Positions 53,218 through 64,000 of a stretch of DNA of 64,000 nt are shown here, piece after piece. The notes under the pieces were generated by a model. It was not told the origin of the DNA. It saw only the letters and a list, made by a program, of their open reading frames with translations, and searched no databases. The DNA is from Nemertoderma westbladi. Lineage: Eukaryota; Animalia; Xenacoelomorpha. The first letter of the stretch is position 1; each line of letters opens with the position of its first letter. The stretch lies in contig JAUCBJ010007554.1 of NCBI GenBank assembly GCA_032718475.1, positions 62,622-126,621 of the forward strand, given 5' to 3'. A program made the translations under genes and the position numbers.

Positions 53218-53536
53218 ATTATAATATATAAAAGATTGTGAGACTATTGGTAAATATATATTTCATTGCTTTAAAAATATAATAATATATTGATTAAGTA
53301 GCGCCATGTAAAGACACTAAATTAAATTTTATTAATTAAATACATAATTTAATACATCAGTGGTGTCAGCTGGGTTTCCAAGGGGATTGTTGCTGGAAAA
53401 AATTGCAATATTAATTCAACAGGATGATAATATTAATTAAATACGCAGATAAAATATGTTTTCTTACTTATCTATCATACACCAGGAAATTAATAAATTA
53501 TATAATATTATATACCTAATCAGTGGCGTCTGACTA

Positions 53537-56500
53537 TCTCTCTGTCTATGTCTGTGTCTAGGTATGAGTCTCTCGTTCTGTCTCTCGTCTGTGTCTCTGT
53601 TGGTGTATATGTCTGTGTCTGTGTCCGTGTCTATGTCTGTGTATCTCTGTCTGTGTTTCTCTGCCTGCGTTTCTCTGCCTGCGTTTCTCTGTCTGTATCT
53701 CTCTGTCTGTGTCTATCTGTCTGTGTCTCTCTGTCCAAGTTCGTGTCCGTGTCTCTGTCTGTGTCTCTCTGTCTGTGTCTCTCTGTCTGTATCTCTCTGT
53801 CTGTGTCTCTCTGTCTGTGTCTCTCTGTCTGTGTCTATCTGTCTGTGTCTCTCTGTCCATGTTCGTGTCCGTGTCTATGTCTGTGTCTCTCTGTCTGTAT
53901 CTCTCTGTCTGAGTCTCTTTGTCTGCGTTTCTCTGTCTGCGTTTCTCTGGTGAGGACCTTCGAATACGTAAGGGAAAGGCATGGGCAGCCTTTAATAGGT
54001 TTTCCTGGATTTGGAAGTCACCGATAATAATCGGAAACTTAAGGTCCGATTATTTAGAGCAGCAGTAGTTCCAGTACTAATCTATGGGAGTCCATGCTGG
54101 GCTCTAACTGCTGAGGACACCAAATCTCTGGATGACACGTTCTCAAGAATGCTACGCCGGGTTCATTGTGTCAAGTACAATGCACACATCTCCAACCAGA
54201 CACTATATAACATTGGAGGTGTCTCATTGGTTCCCCCAAGCTTGACACTAGAACAAAATCGCCTCCGCTTTGCAGGACATTGCTTTCGCCGTGAGGACCA
54301 GCCAGTGCATAATCTTGTACTTTGGCAGCCTCATGGAGTGAATAAGCATGGTGGACAGCCCATGACTTTCTTGAGACGCATCTTAAAGGACACTGGCCTT
54401 GAAGATGCGGATGATCTAGCAAATGTCATGGGTGATAGGGAGTTGTGGCGGTGCAATTTTGTCGATAAGCCGGCACAGCATTCTTAAAAATGCAGCTGTA
54501 ATGCAGCATGCCGATCCTAGTAGTAGTAGTAGTCTCTCTGTCTGCGTTTCTCTGACTGTGTCTCTCTGTCTGCGTTTCTCTGTCCGTGTCTCTTCGTCGG
54601 TGTCTCTCTGTCTGCGTTTCTCTGACTGTGTCTCTCTGTCTGTGTCTCTCTGCCTGTGTCTATTTGCCTGCGTTTCTCTGTCTGTGTCTCTTTGTCTGTC
54701 TGTCTGCGTTTCTCTGTATGTGTCTCTCTGACAGTGTCTCTCTGTCTGTGTCTCTCTGTCCGTGTCTCTCTGCCTGCGTTTCTCTGTCTGTGTCTCTCTG
54801 TCTGTGTCTCTCTGTCTGCGTTTCCCTGTCTGTGTCTCTCTGTCTATGTCTCTTTGTCTGCGTTTCTCTGTCTGCGTTTCTCTGACTGTGTATCTCTGCC
54901 TGCGTTTCTCTGTCTGTGTCTCTTCGTCTGTGTCTCTCTGTCGGCGTTTCTCTGTCTGCATTTCTCTGACTGTGTCTCTCTGTCTGTGTCTCTCTGCCTG
55001 TGTCTCTTTGCCTGCGTTTCTCTGTCTGCGTCTCTTTGTCTGTCTGTCTGCGTTTCTCTGTATGTGTCTCTCTGTCTGTGTCTCTCTGTCTGTGTTTCTC
55101 TGCCTGTGTCTCTTTGTCTGCGTTTCTCTGTCTGTGTCTCTTTGTCTGTGTCTCTTTGTCTGTGTCTCTCTGTCTGCGTTTCTCTATCTGTGTCTCTCTG
55201 CCTGTGTCTCTTTGTCTGCGTTTCTCTGTCTGTGTCTCTTTGTCTGTGTCTCTCTGTCTGCGTTTCTCTGTCTGTGTCTCTTTGTTTGTGTCTCTCTGTC
55301 TGTTTCTCTCTGCCAGTGTCTCTTTGTCTGCGTTTCTCTGTCTGTGTCTCTCTGTCTGCGTTTCTCTGTCTGTGTCTCTCTGTCTGCGTTTCTCTGTCTG
55401 TGTCTCTTTGTCTGTGTCTCTCTGTCTGTTTCTCTCTGTCTGTGTCTCTTTGTCTGTGTCCTTTGTCTGCGTTTCTCTGTCTGCGTTTCTCTGTCTGTGT
55501 CTCTCTGTCTGCGTTTCCCTGTCTGCGTTTCTCTGTCTGTGTCTCTCTATCTGTGTCTCTTTGTCTGTGTCTCACTGTCTGCGTTTCTCTGTCTGTGTCT
55601 CTCTGTCTGTGTATCTTTGTCTGTGTCTCTCTGTCTGCGTTTCTCTGTCTGTGTCACTCTGTCTCTGTCTGTGTCACTCTGTCTGCGTTTCCCTGTCTGT
55701 GTCTCTCTGTCTGTGTCTCTCTGTCTGTGTCTCTTTGTCTGTGTCTCTCTGTCTGCGTTTCTCTGTTTGGATCTCTTTGTATGTGTCTCTCTGTCTGCGT
55801 TTCTCTGTTTGTGTCTCTCTGTCTGTGTCTCTTTGTCTGTGTCTCTCTGTCTGCGTTTCTCTGTCTGTGTCTCTCTGTCTGTGTCTCTAAATGTGACTCT
55901 GCTGTGTCTCTGTCTCTCTGACCGTGTCTCTGTCTGTGTCTCTCTATCTGCGTTTCTCTGTCTGTGTCTCTCTGTCTGTGTCTCTCTGACCGTGTCTCTG
56001 TCTGTGTCTCTCTGTCTACGTTTCTCTGTCTGTGTCTCTCTGTCTGTGTCTCTCTGACCGTGTCTCTGTCTGTGTCTCTCTGTCTACGTTTCTCTGTCTG
56101 TGTCTCTCTGTCTGTGTCTCTCTGACCGTGTCTCTGTCTGTGTCTCTCTGTCTGTGTCTCCCTGTCTGCGTTTCTCTGTCTGTGTCTCTCTGTCTGTGTC
56201 TCTCTGTCTCTGTCTCTCTGACCGTGTCTCTGCCTGTGTCTCTCTGTCTGCGTTTCTCTGTCTGTGTCTCTCGGTCTGTGTCTCTCTGACCGTGTCTCTG
56301 TCTGTGTCTCCCTGTCTGCGTTTCTCTGTCTGTGTCTCTCTGTATGTGTCTCTCTGACCGTGTCTCTGTCTGTGTCTCTCTGTCTGTGTCTCTTTGTATG
56401 TGTCTCTCTGTTTACGTTTATCTGTCTGTGCCTCTCTGCCTGTGTCTCTATGTATGTGTCTCTCTGTCCATGTTCGTGTCCGTGTCTATGTCTGTGTCTC

Positions 56501-58062
56501 TCTGTCTGTATGTCTCTGTCTGAGTCTCTCTGCCTGTGTCTCTTTGTCTGTGTCTCTCTGTCTGCGTTTCTCTGTCTGTGTCTCTCTGCCTGTGTCTCTC
56601 TGCCTGTGTCTCTTTGTCTGCGTCTCTCTATCTGTGTTTCTCTGTCTGTGTCTCTATGTTTGTGTCTCTCTGTCTGTTTCTCTCTGCCAGTGTCTCTTTG
56701 TCTGCGTTTCTCTGTCTGTGTCTCTCTGTCTGCGTTTCTCTGTGTGTGTCTCTCTGTCTGCGTTTCTCTGTCTGTGTCTCTATGTTTGTGTCTCTCTGTC
56801 TGTGTCTCTTTGTCTGCGTTTCTCTGTCTGTGTCTCTCTGTCAGCGTTTCTCTGTCTGTGTCTCTTTGTCTGTGTCTCTCTGTCTGTTTCTCTCTGCCTG
56901 TGTCTCTTTGTCTGCGTTTCTCTGTCTGTGTCTGTCTGTTTCTCTCTGCCTGTGTCTCTTTGTCTGCATTTCTCTGTCTGTGTCTCTCTGTCTGTGTCTC
57001 TTTGTCTCTGTCTCTCTGTCTGCGTTTCTCTGTCTGTGTCTCTTTGTCTGTGTCTCTCTGTCTGCGTTTCTCTGTCTGTGTCTCTCTGTCTGCGTTTCTC
57101 TGTCTGTGTCTCATTGTCTGTGTCTCTCTGTCTGTTTCTCTCTGCCTGTGTCTCTTTGTCTGCGTTTCTCTGTCTGTGTCTCTTTGTCTGTGTTTCTCTG
57201 TCTGTTTCTCTCTGCCTGTGCCTCTGTCTCTCTGACCGTGTCTCTGTCTGTGTCTCTCTGTCTGTGTCTCTAAATGTGACTCTGCTGTGTCTCTGTCTCT
57301 CTGACCGTGTCTCTGTCTGTGTCTCTCTGACCGTGACTCTGCTGTGTCTCTGTCTCTCTGACCGTGTCTCTGTCTGTGTCTCTCTGACCGTGACTCTAAT
57401 GTGTCTCTGTCTCTCTGACCGTGTCTCTGTCTGTGTCTCTCTGTCTGTGTCTCTCTGACCATGTCTCTGTCTGTGTCTCTCTGTCTGCGTTTCTCTGTGT
57501 GTGTTTCTCTGTCTGTGTCTCTCTGACCGTGTCTCTGTCTGTGTCTCTCTGTCTGCGTTTCTCTGTCTGTGTCTCTCTGTCTGTGTCTCTAAATGTGACT
57601 CTGCTGTGTCTCTGTCTCTTAGACCGTGTCTCTGTCTGTGTCTCTAAATGTGACTCTGCTGTGGCTCTGTCTCTCTGACCGTGATTCTGCTGTGTCTCTG
57701 TCTCTCTGACCGTGTCTCTGTCTGTGTCTCTCTGTCTGTGTCTCTAAATGTGACTCTGCTGTGTCTCTGTCTCTCTGACCGTGTCTCTGTCTGTGTCTCT
57801 CTGTCTGTGTCTCTAAATGTGACTCTGCTGTGTCTCTCTGACTGTTTCTCTGCCTGTGTCTCTAAATGTGACTCTGCTGTGTCTCTGTCTCTCTGACCGT
57901 GACTCTGCTGTGTCTCTGTCTCTCTGACCGTGACTCTGTCTCTCTGACCGTGTCTCTGTCTGTGTCTCTCTGTCTGTGTCTCTAAATGTGACTCTGCTGT
58001 GTCTCTCTGACTGTTTCTCTGCCTGTGTCTCTAAATGTGACTCTGCTGTGTCTCTGTCTCTC
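53537..58062. repeat. Low-complexity (TCTGTG/TCTC)n compound microsatellite, interrupted by an RTE insertion
   Basis: tctctgtctgtg and gtctgcgtttc motifs throughout; source of the S/V/C/L-rich and R/Q/T/E-rich ORFs. Confidence 0.95.
53950..54533 (+). mobile_element. 5'-truncated RTE-clade LINE (C-terminal ORF end)
   Basis: LKVRLFRAAVVPVLIYGSPCW, RMLRR, ISNQTLY, RLRFAGHCFR, DRELWR; (tag)n tail; flanking 20-bp tctctgtctgcgtttctctg at 53930-53949 and 54535-54554. Confidence 0.88.
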
Positions 58063-61000
58063 TGTAAAAGCTTCTGTGGGATATAACTGGCCCCTTTGCT
58101 TCGCAATCCAGTTTCCCCCCAGGCGCTGGAATACTCTAAAAAGGTTCTCTAACTGTATATATATTCCCCTCGCCCGCAAGGTACCGTTATAGGTGTTTTA
58201 ACGGACATAAAAGTCATTCTGCTATATACGTGTTTTGGCGGACATGGTAAGGCAAAAAACCTGCAATGCACCAAATACCTTTCACAGCTTAGCCGTGATG
58301 ATTCATATTACGACATCTAACAGCTGGTTGCTGACATGGAAACAGCCATTGGACGCATGGTTCTTTGTTTGGCTTAAGCCAATCAGAGCGATTTTTTCTG
58401 TCGACGTGTAGCTTTTCGGCCGATCATACTGAGAGTGTTCAGTCTTACTGTTTTTACTTGATACTTTGTGTTATTGCTATCTAGGCCAGGAACAACGGCT
58501 CTAGAGTCAATTCGTTTCAGACTTTAGAAGAAACATTAGTAGGCTTAAGATTATAGAGCGTATAACTGTTATCGGTCCATATCAGTACATTGTCATATCA
58601 TATCTTAACCTACCGTCTTAATAGTTTGCTGTTGTTTGGTTGAATATTATTTGGAGAACATTTATAAAGAACCCAAATTTCCCAATTATCTTGATACACT
58701 ACAGGTTAGAGAGACGGGTTATATATAGCGATTGCGACTTATATTATTGTGGTTTGTAGTGAATTTAATGCTATTTGATAAGCACTACATGAATCCGTTG
58801 CTGTTATCTTTATATATGATAAAATTCATTGACGGTCGGCAAATTAGTGAGCAGTATTGTGTGTTACCGGTAGTGTGCATGATTGTGACTGATAACTAAG
58901 CATTTCCTAAAGAATGCGCCTCATACGTGAATCATAAGCCTTACCGACTTGCCGTTGTGATTAGTATAAGTCATATCTCTGTTTACCTAGATAGAGCGCC
59001 ACGTCCTAAAGGAACTGTTAATATTTCCCGAAAGTAAATAATATTAGTCAGAAATTAATTATTAACGATCAATCGAATAATACAGTACAGTAAGCTTACA
59101 CTGCAATAATAATCTAAGCCCTCAGAATCCAGCCCCCCGGGTATATCCAGCGGGTGAATGGACGCGCACTAGGCTGGCTTCTGCTAATGTTGTGTTTATT
59201 GGTATTAAATATTTGTCATCTTCTAAAGTCTATTTATAAACCAAAAGACATATAAATTTTGGCAGGTTAAACTGCTAAAGGTCTTCAAAAGCGCGTACAA
59301 TAACAGTTATTGACTTTATTGCAGTAAGCAATAAAGTTGAAAGTACCGGTCGACCGGTAAACCTGAACCGGTACTTCTGTAGGTCAGTAGGCCCAACTGC
59401 CAGAACCGGTACTGCTGTAGGTCCGTAGGTCCAACTGCCAGAACCGGTACTTCTGTAGGTCCGTAGGCCCAACTGTCCTAACCGGTACTTCCAGTATAAG
59501 TACATTAGTATTATTCGATTTTGATTATTGTATACCGGTAGGTCTTAGTATTTAATCAGGGACTGCAGCCCTGGTTTTTTATTGAGATTTTACTTATTTC
59601 TGTCGGTTTTATTTACATGTAAGTTAATATTGAGCTGAAGACGTGTAAGTCTGCTCAGATTGTTCAGATAATTGTAGGCCGGACTGTTGTTAGATTGTTG
59701 TTGAGTTTGGAGAGATTACGGCGTGTGTAGAGTTTGTCCGATAGAGTGCCAGTTAGTAAGTTGGGGCAGCCATAGCTGTAAGGTCAATCCCCTCTTAAAG
59801 AATAAGTCGTACTACCGTGTTAGAACGCATACTAACTAACAATTTTGGAATCTGCACATACTGTAGTTTATTTAGGCTTGACAGTATTCTGCCAGCGCTT
59901 TGGCCTGTGTTTGTTTGTGTGGTCTGTTCAGGTACCGTAATAGTTATTACTCAGATATTTTGTAGGCTGGATTGTTGTCTAGCTATTATTAGGTCTGAAG
60001 AGATTGCTGCTTGTGTAGAGTTTGTCTGATAAAGTGCCAGTTAGTAAGTTGGGGCAGCCATAGCTGTAAGGTCAATCCCCTCTTAAAGAATAAGTCGTAC
60101 TACCGTGTTAGAACGCATACTAACTAACCGTTTTGGAATCTGCACATACAGTAGTTTATTTAGGCTTGGTGGTAGTCTGCCAGCGTTTGGTTTGTATTTT
60201 GTTTGAGTATTCTGTACGGGTAGCGTAATATTTATTATTCAGAGTTTATGCGATTATTCGCAACATTCATGTCCCCAAGTTTATTCCTACAGTAATTGTG
60301 CTTGTTACACATACCGTTATAGTTAAATTAACCCCGGTACTACACGGGCTGCTTGGCGTAGGACAAGACTGGTGACTTTGTGCTTCGGTCACTCCAGCAG
60401 ATGCCGTGGTTCTTTTAACTGTTCAAGTATATTTAACTACTGATTATTTGTTGTACCAGTACTTGTACCTAATTTAGGGTTTAGTGTACAGTGCTTTCCG
60501 AAGTAATTAGTGTGTAGGCAGTATATTTGTGTTGTAAAGTGGTTAATAGGCACGCTGGATCTGGTAGTCCGCGGTAATTAACTTCTAGGTAGGAACACTC
60601 CGTGATACATAACGTAGTACCTATAGCGATACGGTTATAGGTCGTCAGGCGGTGGTATTTTCCTATCTGGACAACGCAGTGTATTTACTACTACTTATTA
60701 TTTTCAAATACCGTAGTACCCTGTCCGTTGTAATAACCAGAAATCTAACCCTTTGTTAGACTGGTTTGTAGACTTCCTGTAAAATTACCCTAAAAATTCG
60801 TACGTAATATTTTGTTGTGTTTAATTAGAGATTTAATCTCACCCGTATCGTAAGTAATTTGTAGTATTAAGTAACTTAGGTAAATTAGAATTATCTGTTT
60901 TAGTGTCCCATAAATAGCACTTCACTGAGAGCGCACAGCTTCTGTGTAGTGACCCCCCAGAAATAATAACATTTATTTCAAATATTGACAAAACCCTTTT

Positions 61001-63673
61001 AAACGGGTATATATATATTATAAATCAACTCAAACGATTTATAAATAGTAGGCCTGCCATACAACAACTAGGTCTCAAAATCAGTTGGACTACTGCTTAA
61101 ATAACGGTAACAAAGTAAGTTAAAGTAACCAAGTAACCCTAAAATATTCAGAAATTCAATTATTCTAAAAATAATTGACATACCGGTATTTACCATAGGC
61201 TTATTATATTTATTTCTATAAATTTGAGCTGAAATCATACCGGTATTCTGTAATTAATTCTAGTTCATAATTATACTTATATATACTATAAGTGTAAGCT
61301 GCATACCGGTATTCACGATAGGCCTATTATATATTTATATATATTTGTGCTAAAATTATATACCGGTACTCTGTGACAAATCTAGTCTGTAATAATACTT
61401 ATATATATACTATAAGCATACCGGTATTCTAATATATTATATATATATCACGCTACACTGAGTAGCAGTATCGGTAATTAATTGTTAGGCTAACAGTGAT
61501 ACTGAATTACTAGACTTACTTTAACTGTATTTATAGCCGTAGGCATTCAACTGTGTAAACAAACATGTCAGACGCAACCCAATCACTGTCAGATAGTCTC
61601 TTAGAAAGTGTTAGAATGAGTATTAGACTTAGACAGCGTATTAAAAGGATCTGTGACCAAGATCAAAGTATAGAACATCCCAGATCCAAGTCTAAGTCAC
61701 CTACTATTGTAAAAAAGGCCATCCCTACAGTAGTAGTGTCAGACCCTAGGCTAGTAGAACAACGTAGGTCTATCATCGGCACTCGGGCCCAAGTCAAGCG
61801 GGATCAAGAAGCAGCTGTCAAACCGCAGCAACATCCTAGCCAAGAACCTAGTTCTCAGCGGCCCGATAGCTCCAGTAGTTCGGATACTGCTGAGCGGACA
61901 CCCGAAAGCGGAGCGAAGATGGCGGATACGGTTTATGATGAGCGGCCAACCTATGAAGAATCAGTCGACGCCACTTCTTCTCAAGTGGAAAGCGAAGTGG
62001 AAAGCGAATTAACAGCAGCAGAGAAGCCGCGAACTAGAGACGCCATTGACATCTATCTGTCAGACTATCAGCGATTCATAGGAGACGAAGAGTTGAGGAG
62101 ACGACTGTCTGGACTTCGCCCTAATAGTGAAGGAACCAAGCTTGTGTTGGACGCAATCGATGCGGAAATGTTAGCTGCGAACCAAGCTAAATTTGATGAA
62201 CGACTCCGCCTCGTTAGAGTCCAAGAAGAACAAATAAAGAAAAAACAGATAGAGGAACGAGGGGCAGCAGCAATAGCAGCGGCAATGGCAGAAGTAGAAG
62301 CAGAAAGAAAGGCAGCGGAAGTAGAAGCAAAAAGAAAGGCAGCGGTAGCAGAAGCAGAAAGAAAGGCGGCAGCGGCAATGGCAAAGGCAGTGGCAGAAGC
62401 AGAACGGAGAGCGTCTGAGGAGACTACCCAACTGGAGTTGGAAAATCTGCAAGAGACGCAAGACTACATAAATAAACAGCTAACTGCTAGTCGAATGCAG
62501 ATGATGAGACGATCTACTCCAAAACGCCAGGGATACACATCATCGGAGGAAAGCGAAACCACCGATCCTGAAGGCGGAGGAAATAGATCTCGTCTAAGCA
62601 GGCGTAGAAAAACATCTCACCGTCATAAACTGCCTGATTTGCCCCCAGCTGTCAGAAGACAACTAGCTAGCACAGACTTAGGTAGTACAGAACCCACAGA
62701 CCAAATTATTAAGGTCAAAAGACTCCCTACCATAGTTGATGAGCCTGAAATAATTAGGCCTGTCGTTCCCAAAGTCACTCCTGTGCTAGAGACCCCTGTA
62801 CTTCCAGAGCTTAACTCTAAGTTCCCTTTACACAGTACTACCCTGCCTGTACCCGGTAGAACAGTCCATGAGAATATCCCTGTCCTGGAAGCTGAGAGAG
62901 AAATCAAAGATTTGTCTCCCGTCGTCCCAGCGTCAGCCCGCTACAATGTTGGCGACTCCCGCTTCGGCGGTTGAGTGGGTAGAGGAGGGACGGCGGGGGA
63001 TGAATCTCCTGCTCGGACAGATGCAGGAGACTGTCCACCAACTTAAGGGAACAGTAAGGGAAGGTAGGGCCGAATTGCAAGAAGTGCAGCAAAGTATCGC
63101 GCTAGAACGCGACAAGTTAGTCAACATACCAAAGGGCATACCCATACCCCCTGTAACATTGTGTCAGCCTGTTAGGTCTGAAGTATTACATGCGCAAGGT
63201 GTGGAGCCTACACGCATCTATACTGCTAGTGAAGTAGAAACTCCTATAGCAAACCCTATTAAGGGTGATTATAGACCTGTTATTAATGATATTCCCTATA
63301 GACCTGATAATGATCCGAGAAATTTATATACCGATAATTCGATATTAAATAACACGATGGCCCAAGAAAGCTTTACGCGTCAGATGGCTAGAACAGAAGC
63401 CCGCCAAGCGGTCAAAGTGGGAGAGATCGTCAAATTCAATGGAGATGAGATGAAATGGTTACCTTTCAACGAATATTACAAAGACAGCATACAGAACTCT
63501 GTGCTATCTAACGGAGAGAAACTTAGGTTCCTCATCAAGTGCTTGGAAGGACCTCCCAAGTTAATGGCGTTAAAGTTTATTGGACATCCAGAAGGATTAA
63601 GACAAGTATGGGATACATTAAACATCAGGTATGGTAACAAGGATAACATAGCTAAGTATTTGTATGCAAAATT
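58063..63673 (+). mobile_element. 5' part of a BEL/Pao LTR retrotransposon (putative LTR from TGT at 58063, long leader, gag)
   Basis: Abrupt switch from microsatellite to TGTAAAAG; gag domain downstream. LTR end, PBS and second LTR cannot be confirmed in this window. Confidence 0.6.
59723..60190. repeat. Direct duplication with ~290-bp spacing in the retroelement leader
   Basis: agtgccagttagtaagttggggcagccatagctgtaaggtcaatcccctcttaaagaataagtcg... occurs at ~59745 and ~60033. Confidence 0.85.
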
Positions 63674-63704
63674 AGTAGCCCCCCGAGTAGTAGGAGAAGC
63701 ATAG
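61565..63704 (+). pseudogene. BEL/Pao gag in two overlapping frames (61565-62974, 62868-63704), truncated
   Basis: KFNGDEMKWLPFNEYYKDSIQNSVLSNGEKLRFLIKCLEGPP...VWDTLNIRYGN matches the DUF1759-type capsid motif of BEL/Pao gag; preceded by a long coiled-coil/low-complexity extension (AEAERKAA repeats). Confidence 0.8.
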
Positions 63705-64000
63705 CCCTCGGCTAACTCCTCCCTAGCCTGGGCTACGGGCCAGATCTCAGAGGGCTATTAAAAATGCCAAATTCCGGTGCTAAATTGTGGTGTTTAATGA
63801 CCATCTGTCACCAACAGTATTCTTACCTTCAACCAATCGCTGCGTATCACCTACGCGTAGCCTAACCTCGCGATGCCCTCCTTACTCCTACAGCTGTTAC
63901 CTCCCGTCAGTATTGGTTCGCGTCGTTGCATCAACCAACCATAGCATATTCATCTTCGCGTACCCAAACCTCTCAACGCGTGGCTAGCCCCACACTACCC

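Noticed and set aside
53548-58179. Many S/V/C/L-rich and R/Q/T/E-rich ORFs
   Set aside because: Translations of a TC/TG microsatellite.
59250-59275. Primer-binding site tggcagg after a possible LTR end
   Set aside because: Only ~6 nt resemble a tRNA 3' complement and there is no second LTR to fix the boundary.

Overview
Eukaryotic, probably invertebrate animal, genomic DNA with spliceosomal introns; not prokaryotic. Host genes: the 5' part of HSP90B1/GRP94 (minus strand, six well-supported exons, gene runs off the left edge), an intact intronless INTS4 (minus), and an isolated terminal exon of a DEG/ENaC/ASIC channel (plus). Roughly half of the window is tandem repeat: arrays with 61-, 38-, 55-, ~41-, 21-, 37- and 24-bp units and a TC/TG low-complexity tract. 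The 24-37 kb region is a stack of nested mobile elements: a CR1-type LINE split by a second LINE and a MITE, a MITE inside a MITE, and a P element inside a P element. An RTE fragment and a BEL/Pao LTR element lie at the right. Most notable: (i) an intronic array built from copies of an HSP90B1 exon end plus its own 5' splice site; (ii) a 36-bp perfect palindrome with an 8-bp TSD that looks like a P-element excision footprint upstream of INTS4; (iii) a minisatellite whose unamplified homologue is visible 23 kb away; (iv) a 14.7-kb two-state 24-bp satellite with polarity and higher-order structure. No database searches were run; family calls rest on recognised motifs.
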